64,000 nt of DNA from Patescibacteria group bacterium (GTDB lineage: Bacteria; Patescibacteriota; Minisyncoccia; Minisyncoccales; PEYH01): the NCBI GenBank assembly GCA_018900835.1, contig JAHIFQ010000015.1, positions 50,301 to 114,300 on the forward strand, read 5' to 3'. Both the position numbers and the translations under genes were made by a program. Shown piece after piece: positions 9,476 to 18,617 of this stretch. Within the stretch, counting starts at the first letter, position 1; each line of letters starts with the position of its first letter. A model generated the notes under the pieces. It saw only the letters and a list, made by a program, of their open reading frames with translations. It was not told the origin of the DNA and searched no databases.

Positions 9476-10201
9476 ATGCGTATGTTAGATAATAATTTCA
9501 GGCAGTTTATAAAAGAGCAAATTGCTTTGCCGGAAAAGAAATGGAACAGCGTTTTTGTTGATTATATTCAAAAAAAACATCAGGAATTACATAGAGAAGT
9601 GGAGAATTTTTCTTCGGAGCAGAAGCTGGAAAAAGAATTCCAAAGATATCTTGAATGTCTCGATATCAGCAAAGATGATTTGATAGGTAAGCGCATTCTT
9701 GATTTAGGTTGCGGGGAAGGGGATTTTATTAAGCATTGTTTGGGGCAAGGGATAAGTAAAGAGGCCTATGGTTTGGATATTCTTATTGAGCCAGAGGAGA
9801 TAAATTCCGGCTATCGTCAATTTTTTCTAAAACACGATTTTGAGAAAGCAATTCCGCTTAAAGATTTTGACTATATTTTTTCAGTGTCAGCTATTGATGC
9901 TCCTTATTCTAAAGAAATAGACGGGAACTTAAGGGAAACAATAATTTTAGCATTGGTTGCCTTGAAGCACGAAGGGGAAATTAGGATTTTCTCTGTGCGC
10001 AAAGCTCCGCCATCTAGCGGTTTGACAGGAATTGATTTTTCCCGAAAAAAATGGATAGAGCTTTTAGATGATTTAAAAACGAAAAATTGGATTAACTATG
10101 AGCTAAGGCCGATTGATATTAGAGTGGCTGGCAACAAGCCGGATGTTTGGCTTGAAGAAGTTTTGATAATAAGAAAAGAGCTGGTGAAAATTGATTTTTA
10201 A
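9476..10201 (+). CDS. SAM-dependent methyltransferase
   Basis: ILDLGCGEGDF motif I. Confidence 0.5.
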   Translation: MRMLDNNFRQFIKEQIALPEKKWNSVFVDYIQKKHQELHREVENFSSEQKLEKEFQRYLECLDISKDDLIGKRILDLGCGEGDFIKHCLGQGISKEAYGLDILIEPEEINSGYRQFFLKHDFEKAIPLKDFDYIFSVSAIDAPYSKEIDGNLRETIILALVALKHEGEIRIFSVRKAPPSSGLTGIDFSRKKWIELLDDLKTKNWINYELRPIDIRVAGNKPDVWLEEVLIIRKELVKIDF

Positions 10202-10219
10202 AATAATTATCATAAAAAT

Positions 10220-10684
10220 ATGAAAATATATTTAATAATAATTCCATTAATTACTGTAATAGTTGCTTTGTCTGGAAGTTTTGTGACAAGCAGGGGAATG
10301 GATTGGTATAATCAGATTAACTTGCCTGCTTGGACCCCTTCTGGCGATATTATCGGAATCGCTTGGACCCTGATATTTATCCTTGCAACATATTCGGCTA
10401 TTTTATTTTGGAACAGGGGATTTAGAAATAAAAGATTTTGGATAGTCATTGCTTTATTCTTGCTCAATGGGGCGCTGAATGCTCTTTGGTCGTTTCTTTT
10501 CTTTGGGTTGCATTTTGTGGGCGCGTCTATTTTAGAAATGATAGCGCTTGAGACAACCATTATTTGTTTGATATTTCTAATCAAGCCAACTTCAAGATTG
10601 GCATCAATTTTATTATATCCCTATGCCATCTGGGTTGCTTTTGCAACATATTTGGCTTATTCTATTTTAATGCTTAATATGTAA
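10220..10684 (+). CDS. tspO: TspO/MBR family tryptophan-rich sensory protein
   Basis: ~150 aa, 5 TM helices, conserved LNALWSFLFF motif, Trp-rich. Confidence 0.75.
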   Translation: MKIYLIIIPLITVIVALSGSFVTSRGMDWYNQINLPAWTPSGDIIGIAWTLIFILATYSAILFWNRGFRNKRFWIVIALFLLNGALNALWSFLFFGLHFVGASILEMIALETTIICLIFLIKPTSRLASILLYPYAIWVAFATYLAYSILMLNM

Positions 10685-10697
10685 TTGATTTAATAAT

Positions 10698-11423
10698 ATG
10701 AAGAAAAACTTTCTAATTTCTTTAATTGTTCTTTTCTCTTTAATCATCATTGCCTTTATTGTTTGGGCAATATTGTCAATGAATTCTTTGAAGTGTGGAG
10801 AAAACAGAGCCAAGGAGATAGCGGCCAATTGGATTTTAGAGAATTCAATGACATATAAGTTTGATGGTTATGGTCTGGCGCTTGATAGCGTAGAGGATAT
10901 GGATTGTGATAAATGTTATGAGTTTTCGTTCTGGTTCAATGCTCGTCATTCCGGCTATGGCAACAGGATAAATATGGTTTTAGCTCAAATTATTACTCCG
11001 CATAAAATGGTAATTAAAATTAATCAATGCAAAATTATGGAAGCAATTACTGATGGTCAATTTGATGAAATTAAAAATGAGCCAATTATTCCTTCTTCGC
11101 TCGGGATAGAGATTTTAAAACAAGGACAAGGAGCGCAGGCAAAAACAGGGGATAAGATTAGCGTTAATTATTCTGGAAAGTTGTTAAATGGAGAGGAGTT
11201 TGATTCCAATTTTGGCAAGGACAGTCCTTTTGTCTTTACTCTCGGAGCAGGACAAGTTATTCAGGGTTGGGATTTTGGCCTGCTTGGTATGCAGATTGGA
11301 GAGAGGCGAAAAATCACAATCCCGTCGGACTTGGGTTATGGCAGCAGGGGCGCTGGCGCAGGACTTATTCCTCCTGATTCAACATTGATTTTTGAGGTTG
11401 AACTTTTAAACATTAATAATTAA
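10698..11423 (+). CDS. FKBP-type peptidyl-prolyl cis-trans isomerase, membrane-anchored
   Basis: C-terminal FKBP domain: FDSNFGKDSPFVFTLGAGQVIQGWDFGLLGMQIGERRKITIPSDLGYG. Confidence 0.85.
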   Translation: MKKNFLISLIVLFSLIIIAFIVWAILSMNSLKCGENRAKEIAANWILENSMTYKFDGYGLALDSVEDMDCDKCYEFSFWFNARHSGYGNRINMVLAQIITPHKMVIKINQCKIMEAITDGQFDEIKNEPIIPSSLGIEILKQGQGAQAKTGDKISVNYSGKLLNGEEFDSNFGKDSPFVFTLGAGQVIQGWDFGLLGMQIGERRKITIPSDLGYGSRGAGAGLIPPDSTLIFEVELLNINN

Positions 11424-11436
11424 TTTTTACAAAAAA

Positions 11437-12231
11437 ATGAGCGATAAAAATTTATTAATATTAGGAATAGCAGGCATAATTGCGATAATGGTTTTATCTT
11501 ATGTCTTATTCCCCGGAGCCAAGCGGTTTGTTGACGAAGATAGCAATGGGCTTAATATTGCTAATCAAGTAGGGACGAGCGATAAGATATTGACCACAGA
11601 GAATCAGGAGATTATAAAAGAAACGCCTATTTATACTGAAAACATTTCTTATCCCAAAATTGTAAATATGCAGGATATTAATGCGCAGGAGAAAACGAAT
11701 AAGGCCATAGAGGATTTTGTTCTTGAACGGGTAGCTAATTTTGAAGAGCAGATAATGTCAGAAGATGTTTTTGAAGATTTTCAGGATTATTTACAGATAC
11801 AGTATCTTGTTACTCTTTTAAACGAATCATTGGTTAGCATAAGTTTTTCAGCATCAGAAAATTTTGGCGGGGCGCACCCCAATAATTATGCAATAACTTT
11901 TAATTACGATATTACTGGCGCTAAGAAGGTTGAATTATGGGATATTTTCAAGAAAGGAGTGGATTATAAGGGAGTTATAAGCGAAATTTGCCAAGAGAAA
12001 CTATTGGTCCAATTCGGCGAGGATGAAGCGCTGGAATCGTGGATAAAAGAGGGGACAGAACCGAAAGAAGGAAGTTTTGAGAATTTTGTATTGACCAATG
12101 CTTCATTAGTAATTTCTTTTAATCCATACGAAGTCGGACCATATGCCATAGGAATCCAAACAGTAGAGATATTTTTCACTGACATAGAGCAGTATTTGGA
12201 TACACAGGGATTGTTGGTAGATTTGATATAA
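11437..12231 (+). CDS. Membrane-anchored hypothetical protein (possibly DUF3298/DUF4163-like)
   Basis: N-terminal TM. No diagnostic motif recognised. Confidence 0.35.
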   Translation: MSDKNLLILGIAGIIAIMVLSYVLFPGAKRFVDEDSNGLNIANQVGTSDKILTTENQEIIKETPIYTENISYPKIVNMQDINAQEKTNKAIEDFVLERVANFEEQIMSEDVFEDFQDYLQIQYLVTLLNESLVSISFSASENFGGAHPNNYAITFNYDITGAKKVELWDIFKKGVDYKGVISEICQEKLLVQFGEDEALESWIKEGTEPKEGSFENFVLTNASLVISFNPYEVGPYAIGIQTVEIFFTDIEQYLDTQGLLVDLI

Positions 12232-12277
12232 AGACAACTCAACTAAAAATCACAGATTATAAAATGCCAAGTTGCTA

Positions 12278-12306
12278 TTGACGCTTGGCGTTTTTAGTGT
12301 TATGAT
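12278..12306 (+). promoter_or_regulatory. Sigma70-like promoter TTGACG-17-TATGAT upstream of GGDEF gene
   Basis: -35 at 12278-12283, -10 at 12301-12306. RBS AAGGAGG at 12345-12351 then TTG start. Confidence 0.5.
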
Positions 12307-12358
12307 TTAGACATCCTTTGTGTATCTAAAAATCAGAGGACCATAAGGAGGTTGAACT

Positions 12359-13027
12359 TTGAAAATTGATAAGGTTATAGAAGAAGCGATATTGGGCGCA
12401 TTAAGAGACCCCGAACTTTTTAAAAAGATGTTTCGGGCGTTTTTGCAAAAACAAAAGCAGGTAGTTGAGGCGCTGTTTGCCTTGACGGACACAGAGCCGG
12501 AATTCGTAGAAGAAGAACCAATGTTGGGAGTGTTATTGTATGCGTTAGAGCATGGCGAAGACCTGTTCAATGACCCTTTAACAAGGGTCCGAGACGGACG
12601 GCTTTTCAGGGATGGGGTCTATGATAAGCTCATTGCTGAAGCCGAACGATACAAGCATCCGTTGAGCGTAGTAATCATTGATGTAGATGATTTTAAGGCC
12701 ATCAATGACACCTTCGGCCATTTGGCTGGAGATAGAGCGTTGGAACGAGTTGCTTCAATCCTTTCCAAGGAAGCGAAGCGTGGCATAGATATTGTTATTC
12801 GCCACGGCGGAGATGAGTTTTTGCTCATTCTTCCTCATACAGAGGCAACAGGCGCTGGAGTCCTGATGGGCCGAATAGAGAAAGTGTTATCAACGCTATC
12901 TCCGAGGGTCTCAATCAGCTTCGGAATTAATTCCTGGATTCCGGGAAGTGATTCGATTAGCCTGGGCGCGATGGTGAAGGCAGCAGATATGGCCATGTAT
13001 AAGCATAAGCAGGGCAAACGCACATAG
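12359..13027 (+). CDS. GGDEF-domain diguanylate cyclase (GC-rich, likely horizontally acquired)
   Basis: VIIDVDDFKAINDTFGHLAGD...RHGGDEFLLIL carries the GGDEF signature. ~50% GC versus ~35% in flanks. Confidence 0.8.
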   Translation: MKIDKVIEEAILGALRDPELFKKMFRAFLQKQKQVVEALFALTDTEPEFVEEEPMLGVLLYALEHGEDLFNDPLTRVRDGRLFRDGVYDKLIAEAERYKHPLSVVIIDVDDFKAINDTFGHLAGDRALERVASILSKEAKRGIDIVIRHGGDEFLLILPHTEATGAGVLMGRIEKVLSTLSPRVSISFGINSWIPGSDSISLGAMVKAADMAMYKHKQGKRT

Positions 13028-13044
13028 CGGTTCAACCCACACAC

Positions 13045-13079
13045 AATGCGGCGGAAGAGATTTTATCTCCCGCCGCATT
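13045..13079 (+). terminator. Rho-independent terminator hairpin (AATGCGGCGG...CCGCCGCATT + T-run)
   Basis: 10-bp perfect stem followed by ATTCTTTT. Confidence 0.6.
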
Positions 13080-13155
13080 ATTCTTTTACATATCTATATT
13101 ATGCGACATCACTAATAAAATAGGTGGTCGAGAGTAGTGGGGAATAAGTCATATT

Positions 13156-14091
13156 TTATCCGTGATATTTTCTATGTATTTCTTTTAAATGAGGTCTGGT
13201 GACATGGGTATAAATCTGGGTGGTGACAATATTCCTATGTCCCAAGAATTCTTGCACAACCCTTAAATCAACGCCTTTCATTAATAAGTCAGTGGCAAAG
13301 CTATGTCTTAATGTATGCGGAGTCGTGGTTATTGGTAATCCTGCCAGCACAACATATTTTTTTATTATCCGCTCAATTGTTCTAGTGGTAATCCTCCCTT
13401 GGACTTTTGGCCCCCTATAGGTCACAAACAAAGCTCTTTCTTTGTCTGCTCGTTTCACAAGATATTGTTGAAGCCAATCAATTGTTCTTTGTGACAGGAA
13501 AACTGTTCTTGGATGGCCTCCTTTGCCAACAATGCCAATTTCCAAGTCCTTTGTGGTCGGTTTAATAGTTATCTGGTCCCGATTAAGAGCAACTAATTCA
13601 GCAACCCTTAATCCAGTGGAAAATAGTGTTTCTAAAATTGTTCGGTCTCTTAATCCGTTTATGTCGTTTAAATTAGGGATTGCTAAGAGTTTTTCAACCT
13701 GTTCTAATGTAAGAAAATTAACAGTCCGCTCCTGTGATTGTTTGGTTAATTTTATTTTTTCCGGTGGCAGGGAAATGATGTCCTTATCAGCGAAATAGGT
13801 TAAGAGTGAACGCAGAGCGATTAAGTAGTAGTTTTGAGTATTTCGCTTAAGCGGTTTTTTGTCTTTTTTTAGGTATTGGCGCGATAAAAATGTCTTATAT
13901 TTGAAAATATGGTCAGGAGTCATTTGGTGGGGTTTAAGGTTTTCTAATTTGTTTATTTTTGACCATTCTAAGAATTTTTGTAAAAACCTAGAATAGTTTT
14001 CTTGCGACTTATATGCAAGTCCTTTTTCAATATCAGTCCAGTCCAAAAAATCATTTATATGTTTTATAATTGGTTTTTCTGAATTATGCAT
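13156..14091 (-). CDS. Tyrosine site-specific recombinase (XerC/XerD-like phage-integrase family)
   Basis: C-terminal HTLRHSFATDLLMKGVDLRVVQEFLGHRNIVTTQIYTH with R..H..R..Y catalytic residues. 311 aa. Confidence 0.85.
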   Translation of the reverse strand: MHNSEKPIIKHINDFLDWTDIEKGLAYKSQENYSRFLQKFLEWSKINKLENLKPHQMTPDHIFKYKTFLSRQYLKKDKKPLKRNTQNYYLIALRSLLTYFADKDIISLPPEKIKLTKQSQERTVNFLTLEQVEKLLAIPNLNDINGLRDRTILETLFSTGLRVAELVALNRDQITIKPTTKDLEIGIVGKGGHPRTVFLSQRTIDWLQQYLVKRADKERALFVTYRGPKVQGRITTRTIERIIKKYVVLAGLPITTTPHTLRHSFATDLLMKGVDLRVVQEFLGHRNIVTTQIYTHVTRPHLKEIHRKYHG

Positions 14092-14109
14092 ATGTGTTAT
14101 TTTTAAAAA

Positions 14110-14294
14110 TTATGATAGGGAAGTAATTTGCGACTCACAATCAATATAGAGCACATTTTGCGATGTCAGGGCGCCATATTTTGCGACGTTTTAATGAATG
14201 TCGCAAAATATGGCGAACCTTAACGGACAAGCATTGTCCGTTAAGGTATATTGTGCGACAACCATATATCTATAATAATCCCTTATGATAGGGG
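14110..14294. repeat. Repeat cluster upstream of recombinase gene
   Basis: 16-bp inverted repeat CGCCATATTTTGCGAC / GTCGCAAAATATGGCG (14172-14215). 13+3+13 palindrome CCTTAACGGACAA-GCA-TTGTCCGTTAAGG (14218-14246). TTGCGA(C) direct repeats. TATGATAGGG direct repeats at 14111 and 14285. Confidence 0.7.
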
Positions 14295-14355
14295 TTGTCA
14301 AGAAGCTTTATATCACTCCCCTTATAATTATCAGTTATTTTAAGTTCAAAGGGGA

Positions 14356-14718
14356 TTATTGTATTCTGATTTCTTGATTTAAATAATTATTCAAATCATA
14401 CCAGCTTTTATTAAACCATGGCTTTGCCTGAAGAGACCACCAAGCGCCAATTTTTTGCCCAATATTTTCAAAAAAGGACTTAAACCATCCATTCCCCTCT
14501 CCAAATCGCTTTATTGTTTCAAAAGTTCCTTTAAAGCTGTCTTTTATTTTTTGCCAGAATGACTGGGCATCTTCGCGACTTGGTGGAGACAAGCTTAACC
14601 CAGTAGTTGTTGCATTTTGGGCTGCTGACACGAAAGATACAAAATAAGCATTGCCGAATAATAATGCTGCGCAAAACAGCGCAAAAAGAGTAATTTTTAA
14701 ACCACACTCCCCTTTCAT
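14356..14718 (-). CDS. Secreted hypothetical protein (signal peptide)
   Basis: N-terminal hydrophobic signal-like segment. No motif recognised. Confidence 0.4.
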   Translation of the reverse strand: MKGECGLKITLFALFCAALLFGNAYFVSFVSAAQNATTTGLSLSPPSREDAQSFWQKIKDSFKGTFETIKRFGEGNGWFKSFFENIGQKIGAWWSLQAKPWFNKSWYDLNNYLNQEIRIQ

Positions 14719-14726
14719 ATTTAAAT

Positions 14727-16310
14727 TTATTCTAATTTTTCCTTTGCTTGTTTTAATCTTAGCAATGTTTTTTCTTTTCCCAAAATTTCTGCTATGGCAA
14801 ATGGCGGGGCTGAGGATTTTTTGCCAGAAAGAGCAACCCTAAAAGGCCATAAAAGATAGCCCTTATCCCCTTCTGGACCCATTTCTGTCGCCTTTTCCAC
14901 GAGGATTTCCTCAAGATTGTTTCTACCCCAATCATTGGGCTTTATCGCCTCTACGACCCCTTCTAGGGCATCTATTGCCTTCTTAGTGTCTGCCTTTGCC
15001 ATGTCTTTCCAGAATAGCAATTCCATCTGGTAATCCAATTCTTTTTTAAAGAAAAAATCAACCAATTCTGGCAGTTCAGATAAATATTTTAACCGTTCTT
15101 GATATAAGGCAATAATATTCTCCAGCGCAATTGGGTCTATTTTTTCCTTGGTTTCTGTTACCAGATATGTTTCCTCAATTTCTATTCCGCCTATGCCTGC
15201 CAAATGTCCACCTGTCTCAAAAATTGGCTGAATCAAATTTGCCTCTATTAAATAAGTGGTAGATAATTCCGTAAGCTTTTTTGGCGACTTGTTACGGATA
15301 TAAAAGCCGTTTATCCAATCAAGTTTTTGGATGTTAAAAACAGCGGATGATTTTTGACAGTGTTCTAAAGAAAATTCTTCTACCAAATGATTGATTGCGT
15401 ATATTTCTCTATCAGTATCAGGATTCCACCCCAAAAACGCCATAAAGTTTATCATTGCTTCTGACAAATATCCTTTCTCTCTATATTCATTTACCGACAC
15501 AGCCCCATGTCTCTTGCTCAATTTACTCCTGTCAGCCCCGAGAATAAGTGGCAAATGCGCGTAGTCGGGATGAGGCAATCCAAGAGCATCCTGTAAAAGA
15601 ATTTGTTTCGGCGTGTTTGAAATATGGTCTTCGCCCCTGATTACATGGCTGATTTTCATTTCATAATCATCAATCACCGCAGCCAAGTTATATAACGGCG
15701 TTTTGATGTCTTTAGCAATAGCCATATCTCCCAATAGAGCGCTGTTGAACTCTATTTTTCCTTTTATTAGGTCTTGAAAAACCACATTTTGAGCTGGAGT
15801 TCTGAATCTTATCACTGATGGCCTTCTCTCTTTTAGATATTGTTCAGCAGTTTCTTTTGGAATATCGCTGCATTTTCCGTCATACTTTGGCGCTTGCCCA
15901 ATACTCATCTGGTATTGGCGCTGGGCTTCTAAGTCCTCCTTACTGCAAAAACAGTAATAAGCAGTCCCCTGCTCCAACATTTTCTTAATATATGATTCGT
16001 AAATATCAATTCGTTCGCTTTGTCTATAAGGACCAAAATCCCCGATATATTCTTTAGCGTCATCAGGATTGACTCCTTCATCCCAAGGAATTTTTAGCCA
16101 TTTTAATCCCTCAAAAACATCGTCTTCATATTCTTTTTGAGAACGCTCTTTATCCGTGTCCTCTATGCGCAAAACAAAACTGCCATTGTATTTTTTGGCA
16201 AAAAGATAATTGAATAGCGCAGTCCTGGCTGTTCCAATATGTAAAAATCCTGTTGGCGAAGGCGCTATTCTTACTCTCGGATTTTCAATTTTTTTAGCAA
16301 TTGCTTCCAT
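14727..16310 (-). CDS. gltX: Glutamyl-tRNA synthetase
   Basis: Class I HIGH region SPTGFLHIGTARTALFNYLFA and KLSKR (KMSKS-like). Confidence 0.85.
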   Translation of the reverse strand: MEAIAKKIENPRVRIAPSPTGFLHIGTARTALFNYLFAKKYNGSFVLRIEDTDKERSQKEYEDDVFEGLKWLKIPWDEGVNPDDAKEYIGDFGPYRQSERIDIYESYIKKMLEQGTAYYCFCSKEDLEAQRQYQMSIGQAPKYDGKCSDIPKETAEQYLKERRPSVIRFRTPAQNVVFQDLIKGKIEFNSALLGDMAIAKDIKTPLYNLAAVIDDYEMKISHVIRGEDHISNTPKQILLQDALGLPHPDYAHLPLILGADRSKLSKRHGAVSVNEYREKGYLSEAMINFMAFLGWNPDTDREIYAINHLVEEFSLEHCQKSSAVFNIQKLDWINGFYIRNKSPKKLTELSTTYLIEANLIQPIFETGGHLAGIGGIEIEETYLVTETKEKIDPIALENIIALYQERLKYLSELPELVDFFFKKELDYQMELLFWKDMAKADTKKAIDALEGVVEAIKPNDWGRNNLEEILVEKATEMGPEGDKGYLLWPFRVALSGKKSSAPPFAIAEILGKEKTLLRLKQAKEKLE

Positions 16311-16334
16311 AGTTTCATTCTATTTGAATTATCG

Positions 16335-17489
16335 TTATTTTTCAAGCGCATCTGGATATAAGTATTTTGTCAAGTGTTCAGCGATCGTTTTTGCCGCATC
16401 TGGCTTAGCGAACCCCAGGGCTGCCTTGCTCATTGCCAGAAGTTTTTCCGGCTGTGAGAAGATAAGCATTATTTTCGAGAATAAAAGAGCTGGAGTAGGA
16501 TTTTTGGGCTCCATAATAATTGTAGCTCCAGTAGAAGCATAAGCATTGGCATTTTTCGCCTGATGGTCTTGAGATGATTCTGGCAAAGGAATAATGATGC
16601 TCGGCTTTCCTGTTGCAGCGATTTCAAAAATAGCGCCCGAGCCAGCCCTACTGATTATCAAATGAGCTGATTTGTACGCTTGTTTCATCTCGTCTTCTGT
16701 TAGGAAATCAAAAAGATGGTATCTTTTCGCCAATTGTTGTTCTTTGATTATTATGTCTGCCATTACTTTTGCTTCTTCGTAATTTTTTAATCCGCATTGA
16801 TGGATAATCTCAAAGTTTTTAAGCAAATCAGGAAGAGCAGTAAGAGCCAATTCGTTCATCTCCTTGGCTCCTTGCGACCCACCACATATAAATATCACTG
16901 GCTTATCTCCGGACAAATTAAATAATTTCTTACCCTCTTCCTTATTGCCTGAAAGCAAATCGCTTCTTATAGGATTGCCAACGCATAACACCTTGGACGG
17001 AATAACATTATCAATTTTCGTTTCTTGGAAAGATGTAAAAATAATTGTTGCTGTTTTGGCAAACAATCTTGTTGTTTTGCCAGGCACCATATCTGATTCA
17101 TGCAAAAACAAAGGGATTTTTAATGCTCTGGCAACGATATTGACTGGTACTGCCCCATAACCACCTTTGCTGAAAACAATATCAGGAGATATTATTCTGA
17201 CAAAAATAAAGGACTGGATAAATCCAATAGGAATTTTGAATATTAGGTCAATTATATTTTGAATAATGCTTTTTGGAGTGATATATCGTCTGATTTTCCC
17301 TGCCAAGATTGCTTTCATCTCAACATTTTCTTTTCTAAGAAGTTCCTGCGTGATTTTTCCATTAGGACCGATAAAATATATCTTGATTTTTTTATCCTTT
17401 AAAACAGGACTGTTTTTCAATTCTCTAATAATAGCGATTATCGGGAAAAGATGACCTCCAGTTCCTCCGCCAGTAAAGAGTATTTTCAT
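16335..17489 (-). CDS. murG: UDP-GlcNAc:undecaprenyl-PP-MurNAc-pentapeptide GlcNAc transferase
   Basis: MKILFTGGGTGGHLFP N-terminus. GT28 architecture. Confidence 0.85.
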   Translation of the reverse strand: MKILFTGGGTGGHLFPIIAIIRELKNSPVLKDKKIKIYFIGPNGKITQELLRKENVEMKAILAGKIRRYITPKSIIQNIIDLIFKIPIGFIQSFIFVRIISPDIVFSKGGYGAVPVNIVARALKIPLFLHESDMVPGKTTRLFAKTATIIFTSFQETKIDNVIPSKVLCVGNPIRSDLLSGNKEEGKKLFNLSGDKPVIFICGGSQGAKEMNELALTALPDLLKNFEIIHQCGLKNYEEAKVMADIIIKEQQLAKRYHLFDFLTEDEMKQAYKSAHLIISRAGSGAIFEIAATGKPSIIIPLPESSQDHQAKNANAYASTGATIIMEPKNPTPALLFSKIMLIFSQPEKLLAMSKAALGFAKPDAAKTIAEHLTKYLYPDALEK

Positions 17490-17507
17490 GTTTTTTAAAT
17501 TTTTAAT

Positions 17508-18617
17508 TTAAAAATTATTTTTAGGTTGTTTTGATATATTCAACAACAAACCGATTGCTATTAGTTCCATTACTAAATGAGAGCTTCCATAACTCACTAA
17601 TGGCAACGGAATTCCTGTGAGTGGCAAAATTCCTATCATAGCGCCGATATTAATAAATGCTTGGAGTGTTATCCAAAATGTAATACCTATCGCTATAAGC
17701 TTAAAAAATATTTCCGAAGATTGTTTTGCTATTTTAAAACCCTGCCAAGCAAATATCAAAAATAATGATATTAATATGATGGCTCCAATAAATCCTGTTT
17801 CCTCTGCAAATACAGCGAATATACTGTCAGTCATTGGAGCAGGAAGAAATCCAGATTTTTGAACGCTCAATCCAAGTCCCTGCCCTATTATGCTGCCAGA
17901 GCCAATAGCTATAAGCGCTTGTTTCATTTGGTACCCGATTCCTAATGGTTGGGCGTCAGGCCGCAGGAAAACCAAGAGCCGATTTAGTCGGTATGGCGCG
18001 GTCTTGATTAATATAGCCAAGGCCCCGATTCCAGACAAAATCAGCAACCCGGTTTGCCAAAAAGGGGTTTCAGCGCTGAAGTACATTACCAATGTAATCG
18101 CTGCGATTGTGGCTAATGTGCTGATGTCCGGCTGTTTGATTAATAGAACGCAGACAACAGTTAAAATTATTATGAATGGCAAAAACAATTGGACCCTTTT
18201 TTTATTTTGCTCCTTATGCTTAGTGAGCCAGGCAGCAAGATAGACAATAAAGATTAATTTTAATAATTCGGACGGCTGAATCGTAATTGGTCCCAAGGAG
18301 ACCCAACGGTTTGCCCCGCCTATTGGTACGCCGATTTTTGGCACGAATACAAGCATCATTAATATTATCACCCCGAAGAGCGCTGGCAGGGATATTTTTC
18401 TTAATGACTTTAAATTGATTTTATACGCCAGGAAGCCCAGTATAAGTCCTGGAAAATATCCGTATTTTATTTGGTGCATCAGGTATTGGAAAGAATTTCC
18501 ATAAACTTTTTGAGATACTGTTAAGGAAACGCTGGCAAGAATCGCAAATCCTAAAATCAATAAAAGAGAGATAGTGAGCGAAAGTATTAGGTCGGGCTTG
18601 TTTTTTTGTTTTTTCAT
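17508..18617 (-). CDS. ftsW: SEDS-family peptidoglycan polymerase/flippase (FtsW/RodA)
   Basis: ~10 TM helices. dcw-cluster position between murD and murG. Confidence 0.75.
   Translation of the reverse strand: MKKQKNKPDLILSLTISLLLILGFAILASVSLTVSQKVYGNSFQYLMHQIKYGYFPGLILGFLAYKINLKSLRKISLPALFGVIILMMLVFVPKIGVPIGGANRWVSLGPITIQPSELLKLIFIVYLAAWLTKHKEQNKKRVQLFLPFIIILTVVCVLLIKQPDISTLATIAAITLVMYFSAETPFWQTGLLILSGIGALAILIKTAPYRLNRLLVFLRPDAQPLGIGYQMKQALIAIGSGSIIGQGLGLSVQKSGFLPAPMTDSIFAVFAEETGFIGAIILISLFLIFAWQGFKIAKQSSEIFFKLIAIGITFWITLQAFINIGAMIGILPLTGIPLPLVSYGSSHLVMELIAIGLLLNISKQPKNNF

Noticed and set aside
9286-9492. 68-aa ORF overlapping the DUF2207 Gly-rich tail
   Set aside because: Alternative frame of a Gly-codon repeat region. 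No independent signals.
14110-14294. dif site for XerCD in the repeat cluster
   Set aside because: No 28-bp segment resembles the dif consensus. The repeats are longer and multiple, so kept as a generic recombinase/operator repeat cluster.
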